Source of the DNA: an uncultured Acidobacteriota bacterium
GTDB taxonomy: Bacteria; Acidobacteriota; Terriglobia; Terriglobales; Acidobacteriaceae
Reading direction: 5' to 3'
DNA: 64,000 bases
Assembly: GCA_963826925.1 (NCBI GenBank)
Contig: CAWGYX010000009.1
Location: forward strand, 15,899 to 79,898
A program made the position numbers and the translations under genes. Positions 42,001-49,356 of the stretch are shown here, in pieces (the first letter of the stretch is position 1; each line of letters starts with the position of its first letter). The notes beneath the pieces are model-generated. The model was not told the DNA's origin. It ran no database searches and saw only the letters and a program-made list of their open reading frames with translations.

Positions 42001-42864
42001 GGGCCGGACACGGTAACGCTTACGGGGCTGCTGACCTGGGGAACCAACGGGGAGATGTGTGCGGTGGCGGCTTGCAATGCAGGCGGTACGGGAGTGACCA
42101 ATGCCAATGGCGGGATCAATTACGCCTCGGGCTATGCCTATCTTTATGGCCGAACGTTGAACAACGCGGGAACAGCTACGTGGGGGACCACGAGCGCATT
42201 TAGCATCTTCTTGGACTATGCGGCGGTGATCAACAACCAGGCGGGAGCGACCTGGAACTTTACCAATGACTACCCCACCCTGAACACGACGGGCACCGGC
42301 GGGACGTTCAACAACGCGGGCACGTTCGAGAAGACCGCCGGTACGGCGACCACCACGGTTTACCCAACCTATACTCAAACCGCCGGAACTACCTTACTCG
42401 GCAGCGGTAGCCTGACGTTTGGTTCCACACCAACGATCCAAGGCGGAAGCATTAGTGGAACGGGCACGATTCTCGGGAACTATACCGGCAGCGTATCGAC
42501 GAATCCGGCGGGGATCATTGCTCCTGGAACTGCGTCCGCTGCCGGCGCTATCGCGCTTTCTGGCACCGGTTCTGGAAACTACACCGAAGGCACCGGCGCT
42601 TTCGATGTCAAGATCGGAGGCACGGCTGCGGGGAAATTCGATACGCTCACGGCCTCTGGCACGGCAACTCTGGGCGGCGCGCTCAAGGTAACTCTCTTGG
42701 GTGGGTTCGCGCCGGCAGCAAACAACTCCTTTACCATCCTGACGGCGGGCGCAGTGAGCGGCAAGTTCGCTTCGACCAGTCTTCCGAGTCTCGCCACGGG
42801 CCTCGGCTGGCTGATCACGTACAATCCGACTACGGTTGTGTTGTCGGTAGTCGCGACGCCCTAG
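36076..42864 (+). CDS. 2262-aa secreted surface protein: N-terminal domain, SBBP-type beta-propeller repeats, 5.6 x 230-aa tandem modules, C-terminal beta-strand-repeat tail
   Basis: Single uninterrupted ORF. ATG 36091 (GGAGA 8 nt upstream) is the likelier start. Signal MRTKRLLTIAGCIIGSMLGLPAMA|A. Seven or so units YxTYLGGxGxDxGxAIAVDxxGxAYVxGxTxSxDFP. The tail ...GKFDTLTASGTATLGGALKVTLLGGFAPAANNSFTILTAGAVSGKFAS...WLITYNPTTVVLSV resembles adhesin/autotransporter-passenger ends. Confidence 0.85.
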   Translation: MENLLMRTKRLLTIAGCIIGSMLGLPAMAADSHQRALLEYQQLPLNFQQSMARTGKDVEFAATGLGYRVSLMPQEALLYLSGQAPVHLRLLGGDPRAAVNGLDPLPGRTFYLEGRDPAGWRKASDYARVRYHEIYPGIDLVFYGNQGRLECDFVLAPGADIRRVRFAIEGTQRVALDREGNLTLTTDGGELSLGKPLVYQQTGAARKTIAGAFQVHGSEVSFSLGGYDHNLPLVVDPTLNYAAYLGRSINDRVNGIAVGPDASTYVAGVAPAVTAASQDEAFVAHLSANGKTLLYMTYLGGTGATTARGIALDKAGNAYITGETKAPDFPVRDAFQSSCGKNAADRCLGDAFLAKLNADGSPNYATYLGGSGEDSGNAIAVDPSGDVYVAGSTDSMDFPTMHAAQPAPGLRGDAFVAKVSKDGSRLIYSTFLGGSETDQALGIALDKNLNAYVTGQTQSFDFPVKNAFQARNRLNGSNQYAQEAFVAKLSPEGDELLWSTYLGGSGGDAGNAIAVDSAGSAYVIGSTSSDDFPLANPLQPRRHGNADAFAAKLSPDGSGLVYSTFLGGSNDDLATGIALDDQGMAYISGHTSSLDFPTQGPIQTECRKDGKGECQDAFLVVLNPKGTGLRFSTFLGGTGADQGYGIAIDSKGSAYLGGASTSSDFPMGKPAAPGAAARHLGLSSITSTAAAQTSGGIIAMISGLKPDSSGCSGSINWTGTAGNNQWTTAGNWDTGVLPAATDTVCIGTAFAGVTITIGSITSVTNQTISTLVSNANISFTVGPLTVTGGADFVNTLSITGGTLTLNGTNGSAVGGAMTLNNAVLAGTDTLTITGLLTWGTNAEMCTAALCNAAGTGVTNANGGISYTTGTVYLYGRTLNNSGTATWGTTSGYNFYLAYAAVVNNKSGATWNYTNDYPTLNTSTGGGTFNNAGTFEKTAGTAITTVYAAFTNTGKVLGDSGTVTFASLAGTSTGSWSAASGDTLVLDGGTPAPSLSGNIKGAGTVSFNARTVDIIAGATFTGTGTLAIAGGTVVFETGSAVTISEAVTLAGSGILAGTDAVTINGLLTWGNSAEMCTVAACNAGGAGVTNANGGISYSTGYVYLYGRTLNNAATATLGTASAFDLYLGYAAVINNKSGAIWNYTNDYPTLNITTGGGTFNNVGTFEKTAGTATTTVYPAFTNTGRVLGNSGTVTFASLAGTSSGSWNAAAGDTVVLDGGTTAPSLSGKIIGAGTVSFNAGTVDIIAGATITGTGTLAIAGGTVIFETGSTVTIPQAVTLTSSGILAGTDAVTINGLLTWGGNAEMCTVAACNAGGTGVTNANGGISYSTGYIYLYGRTLNNAGTATWGTTSAFDLYLGYAAVINNKSGATWNYTNDYPTLNIATDGGTFNNAGTFEKTAGTATTTVYPGFTNTGKVLGNSGTVTFGSLAGTSTGSWTAAAGDTLVLDGGTPAPSLSGNITGAGTVSFNAGTVDIIAGATFTGTGTLAIAGGTVVFDTGKPVTIPQAVTLTSSGILAGTDAVTINGLLTWGGNAEMCTVAACNAGGTGVTNANGGISYSTGYVYLYGRTLNNSGTATWGTASAFSIYLDYAAVINNKVGATWNLTNDYPTLNTAGTGGKFNNFGTFEKTSGTGLTIIHPGFTNTGTVLGNSGTVRLGDLRGTSSGSWSAASGAALVLNGGTPAPSLSGNISGAGTISFSHGTVNIIAGATFTGTGPLAINGGAVVFETGSPVILSQAVRLTTKGILAGPDTVTINGLLTWENNAEMCTVAACNAGGTAVTNANGGIKYGGGYAYLYGRTLNNAGTATWGTASAFSVYLDYAAVINNKAGATWNYTNDYPTLNTTGTGGTFNNAGTFEKTAGTATTTIDPAFTNTGKVIGDSGTLTFTSLAGTSTGSWNAVSGDSLVLDGGTPAPSLSGAIFGAGAVNFSRGAFNIVAGATFTGSGAMAINGAALVFETGSTVTIPRPVTLDNSGILAGPDTVTLTGLLTWGTNGEMCAVAACNAGGTGVTNANGGINYASGYAYLYGRTLNNAGTATWGTTSAFSIFLDYAAVINNQAGATWNFTNDYPTLNTTGTGGTFNNAGTFEKTAGTATTTVYPTYTQTAGTTLLGSGSLTFGSTPTIQGGSISGTGTILGNYTGSVSTNPAGIIAPGTASAAGAIALSGTGSGNYTEGTGAFDVKIGGTAAGKFDTLTASGTATLGGALKVTLLGGFAPAANNSFTILTAGAVSGKFASTSLPSLATGLGWLITYNPTTVVLSVVATP
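38551..42390 (+). repeat. tandem array of 690-bp coding repeats (5 full units plus a partial sixth)
   Basis: Unit starts read directly at 38551, 39241, 39931, 40621, 41311 and 42001 (ggKaCRgaYaC...), an exact 690-bp period with no indels. Roughly 80-95% nucleotide identity between units by eye. Confidence 0.9.
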
Positions 42865-44640
42865 CGGGATGTTGAAAAAGGCCAAAAACCGCTTGCTCAC
42901 GCGCGCGGCTCAGAATCCAGACTGCGTGTTTGCAGGTGCTTACCGAGATGGAATGAGAGGGCCGATCCCCCGGCGGGATGCGTTAAGCTCCCAATGGATA
43001 CGCACTCGAAGTGCAAAAGGAGACCGGCCATGAAGAAGAATAGCACCGTCAAACAGAGTCCGAAACGGCAAGCTGCCGTAGGAACCCGAGGGCCGATCAC
43101 GATCGGCATGGACCTGGGAGACAAGACCAGCCGCTATTGCGTGCTGGGAGCGGACGGCGAGGTAGTCGGAAGGCAGCGTGGCGACGACGAAGAAAGGCTA
43201 TGGCGCAGAAGTTTTCGGGGATGCGCCGGTGCCGGATCGCGATCGAAGTGGGAACGCCACTCGCCGTGGGTGAGCCGATTGCTGACGGAGCTGGGCTTTG
43301 AGGTGATCGTGGCCAACGCGCGGCAGGTGCGGTTGATCAGCGCCAGCTCGCGCAAGAACGACCGGATGGACGCGCGGATGCTGGCGCGGCTGGCGCGCGT
43401 CGATCCGCAGTTGCTGCGGCCGATCCGGCACCGCAGCGAGCAGGCGCAAGCGGACCTGATGACGATCCGGGTCCGCGCGGCGCTGGTGGAGGCGCGCACC
43501 AGGCCTGGTGAATGCGGCGCGGGGATTCGCCAAGGCGCATGGGCGAGCGGCTGCCGGCCTGCGACGCCGACGCGCTGGGCGTGGAAAAGATGGAAGCGCT
43601 GCCGGCCGGGCTGCAGGGAGCGCTGCGGCCGCTGCTGGAGCAGGTGGAATCGCTGACGGAAAAGATCAAGAAGTTGGACCAGCAACTGGAGCAGATCGCC
43701 CGGACCAAGTATCCGGAAACCGAACTCCTGCGGCAGGTGAGCGGAGTGGGGACTTTGATCGCTCTGACGTTTGTGTTGACGGTGGAAGATCGCGAGCGCT
43801 TTCAGAAGAGCCGCGACGTGGGCTGTTACGTGGGCCTGCGGCCCAAGCAAAGCGAGTCGGGCCAGAGCCAGCCGCAGCTGCGGATCACCAAGGAAGGCGA
43901 CCGGTATCTGCGCAAGCTGCTGGTGCAGGGGGCGCACTTGATTCTGAGCCGGCGCGGGTCCGGATACGGATCTGAAGCGGTGGGGCCTGAAGCTGGCCGC
44001 GCGCGGCGGCAAGAATGCGAAGAAGCGAGCGATCGTGGCGGTGGCGCGGAAGCTGGCGGTGTTGCTGCACCGGTTGTGGGTGACGGGGGAAGTGTACGAG
44101 CCGTTGCGCAACAGCCAGGCGGCGCAGTCGTCCGCCGCGGCGGCTTAAAGGGAATGTAGTTTTGTAGCGCAATCGCCGAGTTCGGGTGACTGCGAGGTCG
44201 CGGCGGAACGAGCGTCTCCGGAAACGGGGCGACTCAGTTCGGTACTGAGATGGCAGCACCCGTTTTAAGATTGAGGACCCCAACTGGCACCGGAGCAAGC
44301 CGCTCCACTAAGAGTGCGAATGGAAGCAGGGCGAGTCGGCGATTGGTGAAATTCGGGAAAGACGCACGGCGCCTCCCGCTGGATCACAAATGGGTAGAAC
44401 GGATGAAAGCAATGCGCGAACAAGCAGCCTGCGGCAGCGGTGAAATGGAACGCCCCCTTTCCCGTTTCCCCCTCCGGGGGAAAGGCCGGGGCGGGCGGGT
44501 TCCCCCCACGCCGAAGCACGCTACGCGCCAGCAAAAAGCGCTGGCACGTAGCGATGCTGCCGGCTCCCCCCACAAGAGGGCTGCCGCCCCCTTGTGCATC
44601 CCCTGCGAGCGCATTGTTAGACAAACGGAACGTAAGGAAA
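42865..44640 (+). mobile_element. IS110-family insertion sequence (maximal span; ends not determinable from one copy)
   Basis: The transposase gene is flanked by 165 bp (5') and up to ~490 bp (3') of non-coding, hairpin-rich DNA between the giant-protein stop (42864) and the promoter region of the next gene. IS110 elements lack classical terminal inverted repeats. Confidence 0.5.
43030..44148 (+). CDS. IS110-family DEDD transposase/recombinase
   Basis: [26 protein letters not shown]...[58 protein letters not shown]...[69 protein letters not shown]...[23 protein letters not shown]. About 6 +1 frame breaks (43170-43260, ~43505, ~43540, ~43960). Confidence 0.85.
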
Positions 44641-44833
44641 TCCCGAGATGTTGATTTCGCGAAAAACGAATTTTTCGGTTGACACGACCAGCCCTCTCAT
44701 GGAAGCCGCGACCGTTAGGGAGTCGGTAGCTGATGGCCTTTTTCAGCAGCCTGCTAGACATGTCGGCGGGTGGGCGTCCACCATCGAGCTGTCAGATACC
44801 ATTAGGGGAGCTCAAACCCGAGGAGGACAAGGC

Positions 44834-46258
44834 ATGAATCGTAGAACCTTTTTGAAAACGACCGGGGCTGTGGCGGCTACCACGCCTTTAATGACCGAAC
44901 TGGCGTCGGCCGAAACCCCTGACATCCGCCACGTGGTGTTAGTCATGATGGAAAACCGTAGCTTCGACCACCTGCTCGGATGGTTGCCCAACGCGGACGG
45001 CAAACAAGCGGGTCTCGAATTCCCGAACAAGACCGGGGGGTACAACCAAACCCACGAGCTGGCCCCAGACTTTACGGGGTGCGCGTATTCCGACCCGGAT
45101 CACAGCTATTCCGGCGGCCGGACGGAGGTGAACGGCGACAAGATGGACGGTTTTCTAATGCCTGCGTCCAACGACCTCAACGCGATTGGATATTACCGCG
45201 AGCGAGACCTCCCGTTTCGCTCGGCATTAGCGCGGCACTACACCACATGCGATCGATATTTTCCATCGATACTCGCCCCTACCTTTCCGAACCGGATCTT
45301 TCAGAATGCTGGAGCCACGGATCGTTTGGATGACAGTTTCTCGATATCCTCGCTGCCCACGATTTGGGACCATCTGGCACACAAGGGTGTGAGCCATCAA
45401 TACTATTTCAACAATCTTCCATTTTTGTCTCTGTGGGGTTTGAAATATCTGGACATTTGTTCGAAGTATTCGGATTTTATCGCGGCCTGCGCGGCGGGAA
45501 CGTTGCCGTCCGTCAGTTTTGTGGATCCGAGCTACACCACCGTGGACAATCTGGACGACGACGATCATCCGTTCTCCGACGTCCGCAATGGGGACGCCTT
45601 CCTGGCCAAAACTTTTAGAGCCGTTTCCAGCAGTCCCAACTGGCCGCATACGGTAATGATTATCAATTTCGACGAGTGGGGCGGATTTTACGACCATGTA
45701 CCGCCGCCGCGCGCTCTGGCGCCGAACAATGTCGATCCCGACCTGGTGGACGGTAAGGCGCTTTTGGGCTGCCGGGTACCCTGCATTGTGGCTTCACCGT
45801 GGACGCTTGGCAATCCCAGCGATCCGCGAGTGAACCACAAGGTCTTTGACCACACGTCGGTTTTGAAGCTGATTGAGTCGGTTTGGGACGTGCCGCCCGT
45901 GGCAGCGCGCGAAACTTCGACTGACGTGGGAAATTTGCTTGAGGTTTTGGGAGCAACTCATCAGCCCGTAGTGCCGGCCCTGCCGGATCCGGGTTATGTC
46001 ATCCCTTCGAGTCTCTGCGTCAGCAGCATCGGCGGCCCGGAAGCAACTCCCTCGCGGAAGGACGATGAGCCGACGACATTTCTGAAGATGCTGGAGAGCG
46101 ATTTAGTCCGGAGTTTCCTCGATGCGCCTCTAAAGTGGTGCGGATGGAGTAGTGGTCGAGCTTACCGAGCGACATCTTCAGCCCCCTTCTCTCGTCGGTT
46201 GGGTGGCGAGATCTGTGTCGCACGGGAAGTGATGCCGCCCTCAGGGGATTTGCTCTAA
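44834..46258 (+). CDS. Tat-secreted phosphoesterase-family enzyme (non-haemolytic phospholipase C / AcpA-like)
   Basis: RBS GAGGAGG. MNRRTFLKTTGAVAATTPLMTELASA is a Tat signal. Motifs: HVVLVMMENRSFDHLLGW, DPDHSY, INFDEWGGFYDHVPPP and RVPCIVASPW. No frame break noticed, though the last ~40 aa have low information. Confidence 0.8.
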   Translation: MNRRTFLKTTGAVAATTPLMTELASAETPDIRHVVLVMMENRSFDHLLGWLPNADGKQAGLEFPNKTGGYNQTHELAPDFTGCAYSDPDHSYSGGRTEVNGDKMDGFLMPASNDLNAIGYYRERDLPFRSALARHYTTCDRYFPSILAPTFPNRIFQNAGATDRLDDSFSISSLPTIWDHLAHKGVSHQYYFNNLPFLSLWGLKYLDICSKYSDFIAACAAGTLPSVSFVDPSYTTVDNLDDDDHPFSDVRNGDAFLAKTFRAVSSSPNWPHTVMIINFDEWGGFYDHVPPPRALAPNNVDPDLVDGKALLGCRVPCIVASPWTLGNPSDPRVNHKVFDHTSVLKLIESVWDVPPVAARETSTDVGNLLEVLGATHQPVVPALPDPGYVIPSSLCVSSIGGPEATPSRKDDEPTTFLKMLESDLVRSFLDAPLKWCGWSSGRAYRATSSAPFSRRLGGEICVAREVMPPSGDLL

Positions 46259-46405
46259 TAATACAGCCACGAGGAATCTAAGTGGGGTCTTAATCCTCAA
46301 AGGACGTATAGGGCGTTTCCCAGGACTTGGCCGCTACTTCCTACGCGCCGCGAGGAGCAGCGGGGTTTGATACGATCAAAAATCCGCGTCCGCCGGAGAA
46401 ACCCT

Positions 46406-48595
46406 ATGCTTATTCGTTCGCTATCGCTCTATCTCTGTTCAGGACTGGCTTTCGCGGCTGCGGCGCCTACGTTTCCTGTGCTGACGTATTCCACCTACTT
46501 GCGCGATAACTTCACGCCCACCGCGATCGCCACGGACACCTCGGGAAACATCTATATGGCCGGAACGGCGACCGTCGATCCAGCGCTTTACCAGACCACC
46601 GTGCTGATCGTGAAGCTGAACCCGCAAGCCAGTCAATACCTCTATGTGCGCTTTCTGGGAGGGTCGGTATACGATTCCGCCAGTGCTATCGCGGTGGATA
46701 GCGCGGGCAACGCCTATGTTGCGGGCACCACCGGATCGCCAGATTTTCCCGTCACCAGCGGCGGGAATTTGGGGACGACGCCAGCGGGGTTAACCGGCGA
46801 GAGGTCCTTCGTGTCCAAGCTCGATCCCAACGGCCAACTGGTGTTCTCCGATCTTCTGGGCGGCGCAACGATTAGCCACGCGTTGGCAATCGCGGTCGAC
46901 GCCTCAGGCCAGATCCTGGTCAGCGGCACTAGCGTGTCGTCGGGATTTCCCACCACGTCCGGCGCCTACAGCATCGCCAACAGCGCGAATCACCCCTATT
47001 TGCTGGAGCTGGACCCAACCGGCACGAAAACCCTTTTTTCAGCGACCGGAATCGGCGGGAGCGCCCTGGCGCTCGATTCCTCGGGCAACATCTATATGGC
47101 GGGTAGCACTACTTTTCTCGACTATCCAACCACGCCGGGCGATTATCAGACCTTCCCGACCGTCGCCGCCGGCCTGCAAGACCAGTATGTAACGAAAGTG
47201 GATTCCACCGGGTCCACGTTGATCTTTTCCACCTCGGTCTCAGGCACGAGCGGCACAAAGAACGCAGGTTTGGCGGTAGATACATCAGGAGATGTGTATC
47301 TCACTGGTCTCGCCGGCGCTGGTTACCCTTACACCGTTACTCCTCCGGCTCTACCTACCTCGCCGAGTGTGTACAGTGGCGCAATTTCGGCGTTACCGTT
47401 TTTGTCCAAACTCGACCCGGCTGGACAGAAGCTTTTATTTTCTGTGCCCGTTGGCGGAGCCGGCGTGCAAGTGGATTCAAATGGATCGGCGTTAGTCGGA
47501 GGAGTGGCCGGTTTGGGATCGGGTCCGAGTTCGGGCTATGCTGTGTTGGCTGCCACCCCGGCGCTCGCGAGCATTCCCACGGCGTGTTTGCCGAGCACGA
47601 ATCCGCCCGCCATCAGCGTCCCATACATCAAAGAATCCGCGTATGCTTCACAGGTGGATGCCAGCTCAGGCAACGTGCTGGGATCGCAATTCATCGGAGG
47701 TTCCACGCTCAGCATTTCGGGCGTCGCGCTCTCTGGTTCAACGCTGTGGATTGGGGGAGCGACTAATTACCCCGATTTTCCGTTCTCCCCCGACGCCCTT
47801 ACGCTTTTGAGTCCCTACTATACGAATTCTTTCGAACCGGGCCCGCTGCCCGGCACCTATTTGGGCGCAGTCGACTTCTCACAACCCCAACCGGCGGCGG
47901 GAACACCCCAGATCGGCTGCGTGGTCGACGCGGCGGACTTCACGGACGCTGGTCCCGTGGCAGATTCTCAACTGCTCACTATCTTTGGAACCGGACTTGG
48001 CCCTGCCACTGGAGTAGCGGCCACCAACTATTCAACCACCACCTTGGCGGGGGTGAGCGTGAGCTTCGGTTCCACGCTTGCCCCGCTGCTCTACGTTTCC
48101 TCCACCCAGATCGACTTCGCCGTGCCGCCCGGCTACATTTTTCCGTACCCGGCTTTTGAATCCGGCGGAGTTACGGGTGCGATGCAGGTGACTGTGAACG
48201 GCGCATCGTCGCCGCTTGCGCTTCCCACGGCGGATGTCAATCCCAGTCTGTTCTCCGTGGTTCTGAACGCGGATGGCTCCGTGAATTCTCCCACCAACTC
48301 GGCGCAAAGCGGTTCAATGATCTCGGTATTTGTGAATGGTCTATCGAATGGCTTTACTATTTTCCCGCCGGCACCCCAGCTTGCCTCGAGTGACGGATGG
48401 TCGGTGACGAGCATTGTTCAGGCGAATCCATTTGTTTTACAGGTGTCTCTTCAGGTTCCATCGGGGCAGCCCTCTATTTCCAGCTGCTCGCCGAACACGG
48501 ATTCGTGCTTCGAGACCTTTTTGATTTACGACACCGATGAACCGAACGGCGGTTATGGGCAGCCACTGATAGGATATGCGTATGTGACCTACTAG
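46406..48595 (+). CDS. secreted SBBP beta-propeller-repeat protein with Solibacter-type C-terminal domain
   Basis: Intact. Signal MLIRSLSLYLCSGLAFAAAA. Repeated ...LGG...D.A.AIAVD..GN.Y(V/M)AG.T.S.DFP(V/T)T units. C-terminal LLTIFGTGLGP...LAGVSVSFGSTLAPLLYVSSTQIDFAVP.... Confidence 0.8.
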   Translation: MLIRSLSLYLCSGLAFAAAAPTFPVLTYSTYLRDNFTPTAIATDTSGNIYMAGTATVDPALYQTTVLIVKLNPQASQYLYVRFLGGSVYDSASAIAVDSAGNAYVAGTTGSPDFPVTSGGNLGTTPAGLTGERSFVSKLDPNGQLVFSDLLGGATISHALAIAVDASGQILVSGTSVSSGFPTTSGAYSIANSANHPYLLELDPTGTKTLFSATGIGGSALALDSSGNIYMAGSTTFLDYPTTPGDYQTFPTVAAGLQDQYVTKVDSTGSTLIFSTSVSGTSGTKNAGLAVDTSGDVYLTGLAGAGYPYTVTPPALPTSPSVYSGAISALPFLSKLDPAGQKLLFSVPVGGAGVQVDSNGSALVGGVAGLGSGPSSGYAVLAATPALASIPTACLPSTNPPAISVPYIKESAYASQVDASSGNVLGSQFIGGSTLSISGVALSGSTLWIGGATNYPDFPFSPDALTLLSPYYTNSFEPGPLPGTYLGAVDFSQPQPAAGTPQIGCVVDAADFTDAGPVADSQLLTIFGTGLGPATGVAATNYSTTTLAGVSVSFGSTLAPLLYVSSTQIDFAVPPGYIFPYPAFESGGVTGAMQVTVNGASSPLALPTADVNPSLFSVVLNADGSVNSPTNSAQSGSMISVFVNGLSNGFTIFPPAPQLASSDGWSVTSIVQANPFVLQVSLQVPSGQPSISSCSPNTDSCFETFLIYDTDEPNGGYGQPLIGYAYVTY

Positions 48596-48639
48596 CCAGG
48601 AGCTACGCTAAGGAACCACCCAAAGATTCCGAGGCGCGT

Positions 48640-49323
48640 TTACTGCCAATACTCCCAGTGCCGCGTCGCCACCACATAACCACAAAGACAGGCGTTGGTT
48701 ACCGCATGGGCCAGGATGCAATCGGCCAAGCTACGCGTGCGAACCATCCACCAGTTGTATGCGATGCCCGCGATGAGACCGACATCCCAATAGGGCCCGT
48801 GCTCCGAGGCAAACAACACGGCCGTGATCCAGAACGCGCCGGCCTGGTAGGCGCCGAGCGGGATCTTCTCGAATTGCGGCGAGATCAGCCAGCGCATCAG
48901 CCAGGCGCGCCAGAAGAGCTCTTCCAGGATCGGCACGAATACCACGGCCTGCAGAATGCGCGGCCACAACACCCACGGGGCCTTCATGACGTTCTCAGGG
49001 ATCGTGGTGCCGCTCAGTTGGCCTAGAATCGCGTTTTGAAACAGCCAATGCTGGCGATAGCTGGGGAACAACAGATCCGGCGCCACCCAAATGAGGAACA
49101 CCGCGACGCCGATGATGACGGTTTCGAGCCGATGGGAGGGGTGAAGTTGAATCACATGGCGCGAAAAGCCAAACAGGACGCCCGCCAGAAGCAGGTCGCG
49201 AGCCAGAAATTCGATTTCGGGAGGAAGAGGGACGTATTTTTGAAGCGCCAGAAATCCGAGAAAAACCGCGAACGGCAAGACGTAAGGTAGGGCCGGCCAG
49301 TCGGTCTTACGCTCGGCCGTCAA
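48640..49323 (-). CDS. CPBP-family (CAAX-type) intramembrane glutamic endopeptidase
   Basis: Intact. Motifs: EELFWRAWLMRW, FASEHG and LAHAVTN. Multiple TM segments. Confidence 0.85.
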   Translation of the reverse strand: MTAERKTDWPALPYVLPFAVFLGFLALQKYVPLPPEIEFLARDLLLAGVLFGFSRHVIQLHPSHRLETVIIGVAVFLIWVAPDLLFPSYRQHWLFQNAILGQLSGTTIPENVMKAPWVLWPRILQAVVFVPILEELFWRAWLMRWLISPQFEKIPLGAYQAGAFWITAVLFASEHGPYWDVGLIAGIAYNWWMVRTRSLADCILAHAVTNACLCGYVVATRHWEYWQ

Positions 49324-49356
49324 TTTTCGTTTCTCGGCAGATCCTGCAGAATCGAC

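Noticed and set aside
38037-42378. Series of minus-strand ORFs inside the 690-bp repeat array (38037..38657, 38910..39347, 39510..40037, 40200..40727, 41580..42119, 39742..40983, 41269..42378), several starting MALVTPVPPALQAATVHISAL.
   Set aside because: They recur only because the sense-strand repeat recurs. The plus-strand 6.8-kb ORF is uninterrupted and has signal peptide, propeller and adhesin-tail features. The antisense products are low-complexity.
38551-42390. Whether the regular repeats could be a CRISPR array or another non-coding array.
   Set aside because: The period is 690 bp with no spacer/repeat alternation, the units are in frame inside a coding ORF, and no cas genes are present.
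44250-44761. Three overlapping ORFs of 119-134 aa downstream of the transposase as possible IS accessory genes.
   Set aside because: They have no RBS or family motifs, are Arg/Pro/Gly-rich, and overlap each other on both strands. The region is better explained as structured non-coding DNA.
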